A stretch of 64,000 nt of DNA. Source: an uncultured Candidatus Saccharibacteria bacterium. GTDB taxonomy: Bacteria; Patescibacteriota; Minisyncoccia; Phycocordibacterales; SBAW01. The stretch covers positions 2,830 to 66,829 of the forward strand of contig CAYRHY010000001.1 in the NCBI GenBank assembly GCA_964424235.1. The letters run 5' to 3'. The notes below the pieces were generated by a model. The model had not been told where the DNA came from. It made no database searches and was given only the letters and a program-made list of their open reading frames with translations. Shown here in pieces: positions 20,082 through 28,738 of this stretch (its first letter is position 1; every line of letters starts with the position of its first letter). A program made the position numbers and the translations under genes.

Positions 20082-20636
20082 CTAAATTCTCTTAATTTGC
20101 AAAAAGTCCAATTCTACTGGCGTCTCGCGACCAAACATCGAGACGAGGACTTTTACTTTACCGCGGGCGTCGTCCACCTCACCCACCTTACCGTCAAGAT
20201 CCTTAAACGGTCCGTCGACAATAACGACCGCGTCGCCCACCGCAAGATCAATCGCGTGCGTGACGCGGCCCTCGGTCTCCTGCATGCGCCCCAGGAGCGT
20301 ATCTACCTCATCTTGGCGCAGTGGCACTGGGTTGACCCCAGAGCCCACGAAGCCGGTGACGCGCGGCGTATTGCGCACAACATACCAAGACTGATCATCC
20401 ACGAGCATGTCGACGAGCACATAGCCCGGATACACCTTCTCTTCTTCCTCAACGCGGCGACCACCCTTAATTTTGACGGTGCGCTCGGTTGGGACGATAA
20501 CGTTGAAAATCTTGTCTTGCAGACCAAGTGACTCTATGCGTTGGCGCAAGTTACGAGCCACCGCGTTTTCATATCCCGCGTAGGTGTGAATGGCATACCA
20601 TGCCCGCCCAACACTGCTGTCTTGTTTTGCCATAAT
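20082..20636 (-). CDS. nusG: Transcription termination/antitermination factor NusG
   Basis: NGN domain (WYAIHTYAGYENAV) and C-terminal KOW (GDAVVIVDGPFKDLDGKVGEVD); start taken at MAKQDSS. Confidence 0.9.
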   Translation of the reverse strand: MMAKQDSSVGRAWYAIHTYAGYENAVARNLRQRIESLGLQDKIFNVIVPTERTVKIKGGRRVEEEEKVYPGYVLVDMLVDDQSWYVVRNTPRVTGFVGSGVNPVPLRQDEVDTLLGRMQETEGRVTHAIDLAVGDAVVIVDGPFKDLDGKVGEVDDARGKVKVLVSMFGRETPVELDFLQIKRI

Positions 20637-20647
20637 ACGTGCGTAGA

Positions 20648-20827
20648 TTAGATAACTTTTTGAATAAGCGCTGAGAAGACATAGTCCCACGCGCCAAGGT
20701 ACAGCGCGGTCGCGAGCGATATACCCAAGACCACCACAGTGTAGGTAATAGCCTGGCTACGGGTTGGCCATGACACATGACGCATCTCCGAGCGGACGTC
20801 CTTAAAATAATTCATCAGTGCGTTCAT
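20648..20827 (-). CDS. secE: Preprotein translocase subunit SecE (short single-TM form, 59 aa)
   Basis: Own translation: MNALMNYFKDVRSEMRHVSWPTRSQAITYTVVVLGISLATALYLGAWDYVFSALIQKVI; canonical secE-nusG-rplK order; below the 60-aa cutoff of the ORF track. Confidence 0.8.
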   Translation of the reverse strand: MNALMNYFKDVRSEMRHVSWPTRSQAITYTVVVLGISLATALYLGAWDYVFSALIQKVI

Positions 20828-20875
20828 AGTGATTTTATTGGCATTTTTAAAAGCCCCGCAGGGCTTTAATGACCC

Positions 20876-20904
20876 TATAATACCTCACCAGGGCCAGTTG
20901 TCAA
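20876..20904 (-). promoter_or_regulatory. Sigma70-like promoter for secE-nusG-rplK (TTGACA-N16-TATTAT), followed by a leader hairpin at 20850-20868
   Basis: Minus-strand TTGACA (20899-20904) and TATTATA (20876-20882); downstream leader hairpin AAGCCC-UGCG-GGGCUU then UUAAAAAU before the secE AUG. Confidence 0.4.
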
Positions 20905-20922
20905 TCGTGCTATATTGAAACC

Positions 20923-21162
20923 ATGTTTAAACCAACACTAGTGAAAGTGGCTCTTTCTTTACTCTTTCTCATACCAGGCATTGTTTTGGCTCGATATGTT
21001 TGCAGTTCTACTTGTAGTTATCATGGGCCAAGTTTGGTACCCGTCTGTCCACCACCACTACTCTGCTCAGATAGTTCGTTTCTTGGAATAGTGCTTACTG
21101 TACCAATAATCTTTTATATTACTTACTCAATCTTGCAAAAATTTATCGGATCTCGTAGGTGA
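20923..21162 (+). CDS. Small hydrophobic hypothetical protein
   Basis: 79 aa ORF, one or two TM helices; weak evidence. Confidence 0.2.
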   Translation: MFKPTLVKVALSLLFLIPGIVLARYVCSSTCSYHGPSLVPVCPPPLLCSDSSFLGIVLTVPIIFYITYSILQKFIGSRR

Positions 21163-21958
21163 TAGTGACGTCGTTGGTCAGCTTATTTTGACCCACGGAG
21201 ATTTCAGGAGCAATCGCTTTGCTGTCTGCGCCAGCGGAGGCATACGAGCGTACCGCATACGGCTCCGGACTATAGCCGTTTTCATTAAACGAGACGATGC
21301 GCACCAGCGACACACCGAGCTCTTTGGAGAGCTTCTTTGCCTTCTCTTTTGCATCTGCTATCGCCTTGTCGCGTGCTTCTTGCTGTGGGACAGTCGGGTC
21401 ATCAAACGTGAAATTGAGCCCGCTGACATTCGTGGCTCCTTTAGAGCCAACCCCCGCGAGTAGATCCCCTGCCTTGCTGGTGTCACGTACTTTGATCGTG
21501 GTTGATTGAGAAACATCGTAGCCAGTGAGTGTTTGCTTGCCTGGAGGGCAGTATACTGCGGCTGAACCCATTGCAACAGCAGGGCACGCTGCCGATTGGT
21601 ATTCATAATGCGGCTGGATAGAGTAATCGGTCGTCTTTATATCCTTTGCATCTATACCCTTACTCTTGAGGTACTCCGTGAGAGTGTTTGCTTTAGTAGT
21701 TACTTCGGTTTGCGCGTCAGCAACCGTTGCTTTCATAGCACTAACCGAAAAGCTGAACGTTGCAATATCTGGCACTGCGAGCATTTCACCATGACCGGTC
21801 ACTTGAATAGTGTTGGTCGCCTGCACTCCCGTGCCGATATAGCGCAAGTTCAAAATACCGCTCACCACACCAACTGCTAAAAACGCAACTAGCATCCAAC
21901 CAGCGACGGTTATTGCGCGTGCAAACTGTAACCCGCCCGGACCTTCAAATAACATCAT
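21143..21958 (-). CDS. SIMPL-domain (DUF541) periplasmic protein
   Basis: 271 aa; N-terminal TM anchor, then TGYDVSQSTTIKVRD...GVGSKGATNVSGLNFTFDD...ARDKAIADAKEKAKKLSKELGVSLVRIVSFNE pattern typical of SIMPL / 26-kDa periplasmic immunogenic proteins. Confidence 0.65.
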   Translation of the reverse strand: MMLFEGPGGLQFARAITVAGWMLVAFLAVGVVSGILNLRYIGTGVQATNTIQVTGHGEMLAVPDIATFSFSVSAMKATVADAQTEVTTKANTLTEYLKSKGIDAKDIKTTDYSIQPHYEYQSAACPAVAMGSAAVYCPPGKQTLTGYDVSQSTTIKVRDTSKAGDLLAGVGSKGATNVSGLNFTFDDPTVPQQEARDKAIADAKEKAKKLSKELGVSLVRIVSFNENGYSPEPYAVRSYASAGADSKAIAPEISVGQNKLTNDVTITYEIR

Positions 21959-21963
21959 GATGA

Positions 21964-22665
21964 TTATTTAAGTGAGCTAATAACGCTTTGGAACTGTGCT
22001 TCGGGGAGCGCGCCAGAGACTGGCGCCATTTTACCAGTCTTCGTATTTACCACCACTGTAAATGGGGTGCCACTTCCACCGTTTTGACCTGCCTCGGTAG
22101 TATCTTGATCAATTCTACTTTGGTACGTCTTATTTGTGACGCAGGTTTGATACTTCGCCATGTCAGCACCAAACTGCCCTGCTAACTGCGCGTAGTACGC
22201 ATCTGACATTTTACTTTGATCAGCAAAAATGGCGTCAGCAAATTTCCAGTAGCCATCATTGCCAAGCTGTGCCGCTATGCATTCAGCAGCGTTAGCTGAG
22301 GGGTTTGCATTCGGGTGAATCGAAACGAGCGGGAGTTGGCGCTGCACAAGCGCAATTTGTCCGTTCGACTCAGAGACGATCTTCTTGAGAGTTGGGTACA
22401 CCATCGAGCAGAATGGGCACTGAAAATCAGAATATTCAACAAGGACGATGGGTGCCGTGGGCGACCCAATGATGTGATCTTCAGCAGATGGCGGGCGGAT
22501 ATTAAGGTCGGTAGGGGCTACTACAGCGCCCGCTGCGGCCGCATTCGCAAGCGTAGGCTGTGCTGGTGCACGATTTACCGCGAAAATAGTGGCAGCAATA
22601 ATAACACCCGCGATGATAATAGCTGCTGATGGTGACAGCTCGAACTTCTTTTTTTCCTCAGACAT
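21964..22665 (-). CDS. DsbA-like thiol:disulfide oxidoreductase (thioredoxin fold, CPFC)
   Basis: 233 aa; N-terminal TM anchor; active-site FQCPFCSMVYP. Confidence 0.7.
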   Translation of the reverse strand: MSEEKKKFELSPSAAIIIAGVIIAATIFAVNRAPAQPTLANAAAAGAVVAPTDLNIRPPSAEDHIIGSPTAPIVLVEYSDFQCPFCSMVYPTLKKIVSESNGQIALVQRQLPLVSIHPNANPSANAAECIAAQLGNDGYWKFADAIFADQSKMSDAYYAQLAGQFGADMAKYQTCVTNKTYQSRIDQDTTEAGQNGGSGTPFTVVVNTKTGKMAPVSGALPEAQFQSVISSLK

Positions 22666-22708
22666 GGCAGTAGTATACCACTCCCGTGTCGCTGCACGCG
22701 AGCCAGCG

Positions 22709-23155
22709 CTATCTATTTTTTAGAAGATCGCGGATCTCTTCAAGCAGACGCTCTTGGGCGGGCTTTTGTGCTGCTGGCGTCTCCTCCCCTTCTCGAAAGA
22801 GCTTTTGGCGCATAGATGCAATTATCTTAAAGAATACAAATACTGAGAGTGAGATAACAAAAAAGTTTATGATCGTCTGCAAAAACGAGCCGTAGTGCAA
22901 CAGAAGTGGTTGCGCGCCGGTTATGAATGGGTTTGGTGAATGCAATGTAAGGCTGAGATTTTTTATGTCGGTCGCACCGTTTCCTGTCAGTAGCCCTAGG
23001 AGGGGCGTAATGATATCAGCCACGAGCGAGTTTACTATGGCGCTAAACGCGTTACCAACAATGACGGCGACCGCGAGATCAACCACATTACCTTTAACGG
23101 CAAAGCTTTGAAATTCTTTCCAAAACCCTCGAGCTTTTTGTTGAATAGCTGGCAT
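22709..23155 (-). CDS. mscL: Large-conductance mechanosensitive channel
   Basis: FWKEFQSFAVKGNVVDLAVAVIVGNAFSAIVNSLVADIITPLLG matches MscL TM1 signature. Confidence 0.9.
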   Translation of the reverse strand: MPAIQQKARGFWKEFQSFAVKGNVVDLAVAVIVGNAFSAIVNSLVADIITPLLGLLTGNGATDIKNLSLTLHSPNPFITGAQPLLLHYGSFLQTIINFFVISLSVFVFFKIIASMRQKLFREGEETPAAQKPAQERLLEEIRDLLKNR

Positions 23156-23165
23156 ATAGCATTAC

Positions 23166-23573
23166 TTAAGAAGGAGTGCTGGAATCGCGTTGGTGCATTT
23201 CTTCGACATCCTCTTGAATTTCATCGACATCTTCTTGGATTTCATCCACGTCTTCCTGAATTTCGTCGACATCCTCTTGGATCTCTTCGATATCCTCTTG
23301 GATCTCATCGATGTCCTGCTCGACACTTTCGATAGTGCGCGTGGTGAAGTTTATGGTCATCTGGATGAAGATAGAGAGGTAGATCGCCTCAAGTGAAACT
23401 ACGGTCGTGAGAATAAGCAACATGCGGTCAAATTGCAAGACCCCGAGCGCTACCAGCAAAAAACACGACAAGAATGCAAGCGTGTGTACAACAATAGAAG
23501 GCATCGAACCCACCCAGCGGGTTATCGCGAGCGCGTACTCTTCGAGTGGTACTTTTGGTCCTTTATTCTTCAC
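23166..23573 (-). CDS. DUF1003-like small membrane protein with C-terminal acidic heptad repeats (DEIQEDV)n
   Basis: 135 aa; two TM helices then EQDIDEIQEDIEEIQEDVDEIQEDVDEIQEDVDEIQEDVEEM. Confidence 0.5.
   Translation of the reverse strand: MKNKGPKVPLEEYALAITRWVGSMPSIVVHTLAFLSCFLLVALGVLQFDRMLLILTTVVSLEAIYLSIFIQMTINFTTRTIESVEQDIDEIQEDIEEIQEDVDEIQEDVDEIQEDVDEIQEDVEEMHQRDSSTPS
23190..23320. repeat. Tandem 21-nt repeats (~6 copies) inside the CDS 23166-23573
   Basis: Repeating units ttcatcgacatcttcttggat / ttcatccacgtcttcctgaat etc. seen directly. Confidence 0.75.
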
Positions 23574-23635
23574 GCAAAATCAGTATACCACTCACTCACA
23601 CCAGCAATACACTGCGTGCACGGTACAATGGCGAG

Positions 23636-24109
23636 ATGGTACGACGTTTTGTCTTTAGACGCAGAGACCTCTGGCGTGAAGGAGCGTGGCTCGATTTGTG
23701 GAGCGTCGTCCACCTTCTCTCAGGCCTCTCACTTGGACTTGGGATTTCATATATTAATATTGGTGCGCTTGCCTCGTTTTTACTGGTACTCCTCTTACTT
23801 ATCTCCTACGAGATGTGGGAAGCGATGGTGCGTATTGAAGAGACGCCAGCCAATCGCTGTATGGATGTCGTAGTGGGTATGGTTGGGTTCCTGTTCACTT
23901 TTTTTATTCTTACACCACGACTGACCGAGCCAAACCTATTATTTTCGTTTGAAATAGTACTTACAACAAACGTCATTTTTGCTGCCGTAGGCTGGCGTGC
24001 ATCACAAAAAGCTGCAGCGCTTAAAGCGCGCATGCGCAAACGTTTCTTAGAAAAACGCATGGCCTTGTTGCGCCGTGAATCACACCTTCGAAAAAAGTTT
24101 AAGCGGTAA
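23636..24109 (+). CDS. Hypothetical membrane protein
   Basis: ORF 23546-24109; likely start MVRRFVFRRRDLW; 4 predicted TM helices, basic C-terminus. Confidence 0.4.
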   Translation: MVRRFVFRRRDLWREGAWLDLWSVVHLLSGLSLGLGISYINIGALASFLLVLLLLISYEMWEAMVRIEETPANRCMDVVVGMVGFLFTFFILTPRLTEPNLLFSFEIVLTTNVIFAAVGWRASQKAAALKARMRKRFLEKRMALLRRESHLRKKFKR

Positions 24110-24199
24110 GTAATCTGATCATATATAGCGTAGTCAGCAGAGCACACAAATTATCTCTGTCATCTTGTGACAAGGGGACATTTTTGACATGATGCTGCC

Positions 24200-24757
24200 A
24201 TGTTTACTTTGCCCCCGAGTGCTCCCGCTGAGGTTCGTTCTGTCCCTCAAGTACCCTTTTTCTCACAATTTACTGACATCACCTCACCGCTGTGGCAAAA
24301 GCGCAGCTGTGGTATCGCCAGTCTTTCAATGATAGTTAATTACTATCTCCCAGATGCAACCACTCCAAACAAAGTACTCAGAGAAACACTCGCCGTACCA
24401 GGTGCATATATCAATTCAATTGGCTGGACGTATGCGGGCCTAATTGCAACTGGAGAAAAATATGGCCTACAAGGTGTAGCGTACGATCTCAAAGATACCA
24501 AAGATGCGCTTTCAAAACTCAGCACATCACTCCACGAGGGCCCAGTTATTGCATCGGTGCATTATAAATTTGATCCGAAAAATCCTGTCCCCCACCTAGT
24601 GGTACTCGACGGCATAGACGACGAGTATGTCTATTACAACGACCCTGCCGAGTCAGCAAGTAATAAGAAAATATCCATCGCTAAATTCTCTGCAGCATGG
24701 AAAAAGCGTTTTATTGAGCTGCGCCCCACTGCCTCTCCTGCACTTGCAGAGCGGTAA
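24200..24757 (+). CDS. Peptidase C39-like (papain-fold) domain protein
   Basis: 185 aa; VPFFSQ...SCGIASLSMIVNYY (catalytic Cys context of C39-like domains), downstream His/Asp region. Confidence 0.55.
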   Translation: MFTLPPSAPAEVRSVPQVPFFSQFTDITSPLWQKRSCGIASLSMIVNYYLPDATTPNKVLRETLAVPGAYINSIGWTYAGLIATGEKYGLQGVAYDLKDTKDALSKLSTSLHEGPVIASVHYKFDPKNPVPHLVVLDGIDDEYVYYNDPAESASNKKISIAKFSAAWKKRFIELRPTASPALAER

Positions 24758-24865
24758 TTTCAGTTGGGGTGCCGTCGTAGAGGACGTTCGAACTGTTTTT
24801 GAGAGAAAGAATGACTCAACGGTTTATATTCCTATATTCTACCCTACCATGTAGTTCACTATTTC

Positions 24866-25306
24866 TTACACCTTAATATATCTCACTTCAGGTGAAAGCA
24901 ATTTTCCTGCTTTAAAATCCTCGGCGAGTTTCTTAGGCATAAGCCGTATTTCATCGGTTGGGCTTATCCAGTCAATAGAAGCGATTTCGTGTGCATGTGT
25001 TCGGACTAGACTAGACACATTTCTGTAATCTTCAAAATTCGTAACTTCAAAGAAAAACTCCACGGGCTGTATATTGTTTTTGTCTTCAAATGTATTTATA
25101 TAGAGTAGTCTACCAATCACAGGCTCGATTCCTAACTCTTCAATTATTTCTCTCCGCAAGCATTCCTTAACGTCTTCTCCCCACTCCAAATGTCCTCCAG
25201 GCAGCGCTGCGAAACTGGAATCATGGGCATGTCGAACCACCAGAAGTTTTACCCCATCAAAAATGATTGCTCTACAGCGAATGACAAACTTTTTGTTGTT
25301 ATCCAT
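24866..25306 (-). CDS. NUDIX hydrolase
   Basis: Nudix box GGHLEWGEDVKECLRREIIEELGI. Confidence 0.8.
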   Translation of the reverse strand: MDNNKKFVIRCRAIIFDGVKLLVVRHAHDSSFAALPGGHLEWGEDVKECLRREIIEELGIEPVIGRLLYINTFEDKNNIQPVEFFFEVTNFEDYRNVSSLVRTHAHEIASIDWISPTDEIRLMPKKLAEDFKAGKLLSPEVRYIKV

Positions 25307-25389
25307 TCAAGTACTATATCAAAAGAAACGCTCCACCCAGGTTTGGGGTGGAGCGAGTTGTCTTGAGTCACAAAGTTTTGCAAAGGAGG

Positions 25390-26628
25390 TTACTCTTCCA
25401 AAATTACGACAGTCTTGGTGCCGCCAATGATTCCGTAGAGTGGAACAAGGTCTTCGCGTACCAGTTTTGCTGGGATGCGAAGCGTCTTCTCAGCGTCCAG
25501 TGGGCTACCCCACGGACGACGCCAATATGGACTGCGCCAGTGGGGGCGTATGAAGGCGGGGCCATTTCGATGCCTTGTTTCAGAAGTGGTACCCTTTTGA
25601 GCCTTACCAATCTGCCCCCTACCGATGATGTCGAAGATGTGTTCGGGTTCAGTGATGATGCCAGAAGCGCCGCCACTAATTGCCCTCACGTGGCCCTTCC
25701 TCGACTCCCTTCGTTGAAGGACGGAGGTTTTGGAAAGAGTCTCGAGATACAACATCCAGCCAATGACGATGCGCATTGTGACACTTATCGTTTCGAACAG
25801 AGAGCGAGTAGAGTCGGGGCATTTCTCCCATGGCTCCGGCCCCCAACCATTCTTTCGATAAAGCTCTTCAGGCTCAATCTCGATTCGTTGGTCAATTTCA
25901 GTGTCGATGTCGATGACTCCTCTTTGCGAACCATAGAGAGCTGGAGAACACTCGACCATCTTGTTGCCAGCACCGTCCAGGAGACGAGCAGCTTTGTTGT
26001 ACTCCTTTCGCTTTAACAACTGCTCGAACTGAGCCACTTCCGAAATGCTCAAACCCAAGCGCATTCCAGATTTTTGAGGGACCTGGAACCAACGTATGCA
26101 TACGCCAGGACCATCACCTTCACCCAAATCCGCCTTAGTTACGAGAAGCGTATCGATTAGCTCATAGAAACCACCTGGATGGAGCGTCTGCACAGGCCTT
26201 TCGAGAGTGATGATGAATGATTCGAACGGCCACATCACGTCGCACCAGCGAATTTCTGGGAGCGTAGCTGACGCCAGAAGTGCTTCAAGTTGATGGGGTA
26301 AGTGGTACACGCGCCGCGAGCAACGATTCCACTTGAAGAGTTCGAGAGGAAATGTACCGTAGTGAGTGTAGAGCCTTCCGCCCACGCTATTCTGACGTGC
26401 AAGTCTTTCACTCGGGCGCCATTCTTCAGGCACGAGGGCCTGAACGCGATTATCTAAGATAGCTTGGGCGAGCCGGTGTCCATTCTTGGATACGAGGCTC
26501 TCTTGGTCGGTAGCCTCTCCTTTATTCCGCATCATCGCAACGGCGAACTCGTAAGCAAAGTAATTGTGCTGCCAGTTAGCGAATGCATATGCGAGCCGCT
26601 CTGACACATTTGGTTCGTTAGATGCCAT
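25390..26628 (-). CDS. Hypothetical protein (412 aa), no recognisable domain
   Basis: Long clean ORF with balanced composition; adjacent to tRNA-His and an AT-rich upstream region. Confidence 0.5.
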   Translation of the reverse strand: MASNEPNVSERLAYAFANWQHNYFAYEFAVAMMRNKGEATDQESLVSKNGHRLAQAILDNRVQALVPEEWRPSERLARQNSVGGRLYTHYGTFPLELFKWNRCSRRVYHLPHQLEALLASATLPEIRWCDVMWPFESFIITLERPVQTLHPGGFYELIDTLLVTKADLGEGDGPGVCIRWFQVPQKSGMRLGLSISEVAQFEQLLKRKEYNKAARLLDGAGNKMVECSPALYGSQRGVIDIDTEIDQRIEIEPEELYRKNGWGPEPWEKCPDSTRSLFETISVTMRIVIGWMLYLETLSKTSVLQRRESRKGHVRAISGGASGIITEPEHIFDIIGRGQIGKAQKGTTSETRHRNGPAFIRPHWRSPYWRRPWGSPLDAEKTLRIPAKLVREDLVPLYGIIGGTKTVVILEE

Positions 26629-26821
26629 GTGGCACCTCCTTTCTACAGATTGTATTGAACTAGCTTACTGAGTATTTATATATCACAAAAATATATACTT
26701 GTAAATAGCTTGGCTCGAACTAAATAGTGCCTTACATAAAAGACTTTTTAACCAAAAATTTCTATGGGTGCACCCATGCGGGCACACGCCAAAAATATAG
26801 TCGCTTCGCTCTTTATTTTTG

Positions 26822-26894
26822 GGTGGCTACAGGGAATCGAACCCTGATTGCGAGTTCCACAAACTCGAGTGTTAACCGTTACACCATAGCCACC
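26822..26894 (-). tRNA. tRNA-His (anticodon GUG) with encoded G-1
   Basis: Manual fold: G-1:C73, acceptor GTGGCTA/TAGCCAC, D-stem GTGT/ACAC, anticodon stem CGAGT/ACTCG, loop TTGTGGA, T-arm CAGGG-TTCGATT-CCCTG; no encoded CCA. Confidence 0.85.
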
Positions 26895-26976
26895 ATGAAG
26901 CACCAGAACCCCCTATATATAGCATCCCGAGCGCAAAAACAGAAGCTTTTGACCAGCGAGGAAATAGAGCGCGAAG

Positions 26977-27825
26977 CTACGGTAAAAATGGTGAAAAAGC
27001 GAGTAGGAGCGAGAATCCCACAAGCACCTTGAGGGAGAATTTAAATAACACCCTCCCCCACTGGGCGTCCAAGGGCGCATGTGTCATCGCCTTGTAGAGC
27101 CACCACCCGGTAAGCCCGAGCATCGTCAAAACAAATATCGAACCAAGTTCGCTAAAAACCCAGAGCGCCACCAGCGCGACCATAGTGCCTAAAATGTAGC
27201 CGATGATATGTTGTCGCGTTTTGCGTGCACCATGGCGCACCGCAAACACTGGCACTTTCGCGGCTGTGTACTCATGAGCTCGATAGAGCGATATTGCATA
27301 AAAATGTGCCATCTGCCAGCACACTAGCACCAAAAAAAGGAGTGCGGCGACAATATCAAAACGATTAGTTGCGGCAGTGTACCCCACCACCACAGGCACA
27401 GCGCCCGACACAGAGCCTACTAACGCACCCCAACAGGAGTATCGTTTTATAAACGTATAAAGCCCCACATAAAAAATAAAACCGATTCCCGCCACAACAA
27501 CGCTCAGCATATTTACAAACAGGAACAAAACACCAAATCCGACGACCCCCAAGAGTACTGCGAAAACAAGTGCATTTCGTACCGAAACTTCTCCCCGCAC
27601 GATCGCGCGCTTATTGGTGCGCTCCATGTGCGCATCTATGTCGCGATCAAGAATGTTGTTGCACACACACGCGGAAGCGACCACCAACCCAAGCCCCACA
27701 AGCGTTGCAAGAAAAAGCGGCAATTCGATATGCCAGCGCACCGCAAACAAAAAGCTTGCAACCGTCGTAAAGAGGTTGCCGTAGATCATACGTGGCTTGG
27801 TGAGTTCGTAGTACGCGCGCATCAT
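26977..27825 (-). CDS. cyoE: Protoheme IX farnesyltransferase (heme O synthase)
   Basis: 282 aa UbiA-family; NNILDRDIDAHMERTNKRAIVRG motif. Confidence 0.85.
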   Translation of the reverse strand: MMRAYYELTKPRMIYGNLFTTVASFLFAVRWHIELPLFLATLVGLGLVVASACVCNNILDRDIDAHMERTNKRAIVRGEVSVRNALVFAVLLGVVGFGVLFLFVNMLSVVVAGIGFIFYVGLYTFIKRYSCWGALVGSVSGAVPVVVGYTAATNRFDIVAALLFLVLVCWQMAHFYAISLYRAHEYTAAKVPVFAVRHGARKTRQHIIGYILGTMVALVALWVFSELGSIFVLTMLGLTGWWLYKAMTHAPLDAQWGRVLFKFSLKVLVGFSLLLAFSPFLP

Positions 27826-28178
27826 ATGCCAGTCTGTCTATCCATATATCGATACATCTCCTGCGGCTCGAGCATCATGCGGTTATTCAAATGCATCATA
27901 ATCCATAATGAGCCGACCACAAGCATGAGTATGAGTGCACATGCATAAATAAATAGATAGAGTTTCTCTTTCTCTGCAGGTCGCACCCGGAGGTGTAGGA
28001 AGCAAATCGCTTGGACAATAAATTGCATACACGCTAGCGTGAGCAGCACACCCATCAGTGTGATGTGTGAAAAAGTATGTGCTCCACGCGCAGAAAGCAG
28101 CGTGAGGTCATACGCTGCAAGCGTCGTTATGAGTGAAAGCACAAAACCGATGGTATAAGTGGTACGCGTTAGTTTCAT
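27822..28178 (-). CDS. cyoD: Quinol oxidase subunit IV
   Basis: 118 aa, three TM helices, position in cyoABCDE order. Confidence 0.65.
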   Translation of the reverse strand: MKLTRTTYTIGFVLSLITTLAAYDLTLLSARGAHTFSHITLMGVLLTLACMQFIVQAICFLHLRVRPAEKEKLYLFIYACALILMLVVGSLWIMMHLNNRMMLEPQEMYRYMDRQTGI

Positions 28179-28738
28179 AGAAAGCCAAAGAGATACACGA
28201 TGGTAAAGATAAAGATCCAGATCACATCAAGGAAGTGCCAAAATAGTGCAAACAGTTCTACCTTGCGTGCTGAAGTATTGGTGTATCCTTGGAATGATAC
28301 TGCGAACATGAGTGCAAGCAGCCACAGCAAGCCTATTGTGACATGGAGCCCATGTGTGCCTACGAGTGCGAAGTAGCTCGAGAGAAATCCACTCGTGCTG
28401 GGGCCATACCCCTCAACAATAAGCTTGGCGAACTCGAACACTTCCATACCAACAAACAGCGCGCCGAGCGCAAAGGTTACCACCAAAAAAAGAAGTGTCT
28501 CGCGTACCTTATGTGCTCGTGATGCAAGGAGCGCCAAACCGCAGGTAAAACTACTCGTGAGCAGTGCCATTGTTTCGATGAGTACATAGGACGCACTAAA
28601 AAGAGTTGTTCCTGTGGGACTCACTGTACTTCCCCGAAACACCACATATACCGCAAAGAGTCCTGCGAAGAGGACGAAGTCGGTCATGAGATACACCCAA
28701 AATCCAAAGAGTGTTGTTTTGTCGTCTCGGTGCATCAT
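28175..28738 (-). CDS. cyoC: Quinol oxidase subunit III
   Basis: 187 aa; HGLHVTIGLLWLLALMF, FWHFLDVIW motifs of heme-copper oxidase subunit III. Confidence 0.85.
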   Translation of the reverse strand: MMHRDDKTTLFGFWVYLMTDFVLFAGLFAVYVVFRGSTVSPTGTTLFSASYVLIETMALLTSSFTCGLALLASRAHKVRETLLFLVVTFALGALFVGMEVFEFAKLIVEGYGPSTSGFLSSYFALVGTHGLHVTIGLLWLLALMFAVSFQGYTNTSARKVELFALFWHFLDVIWIFIFTIVYLFGFL

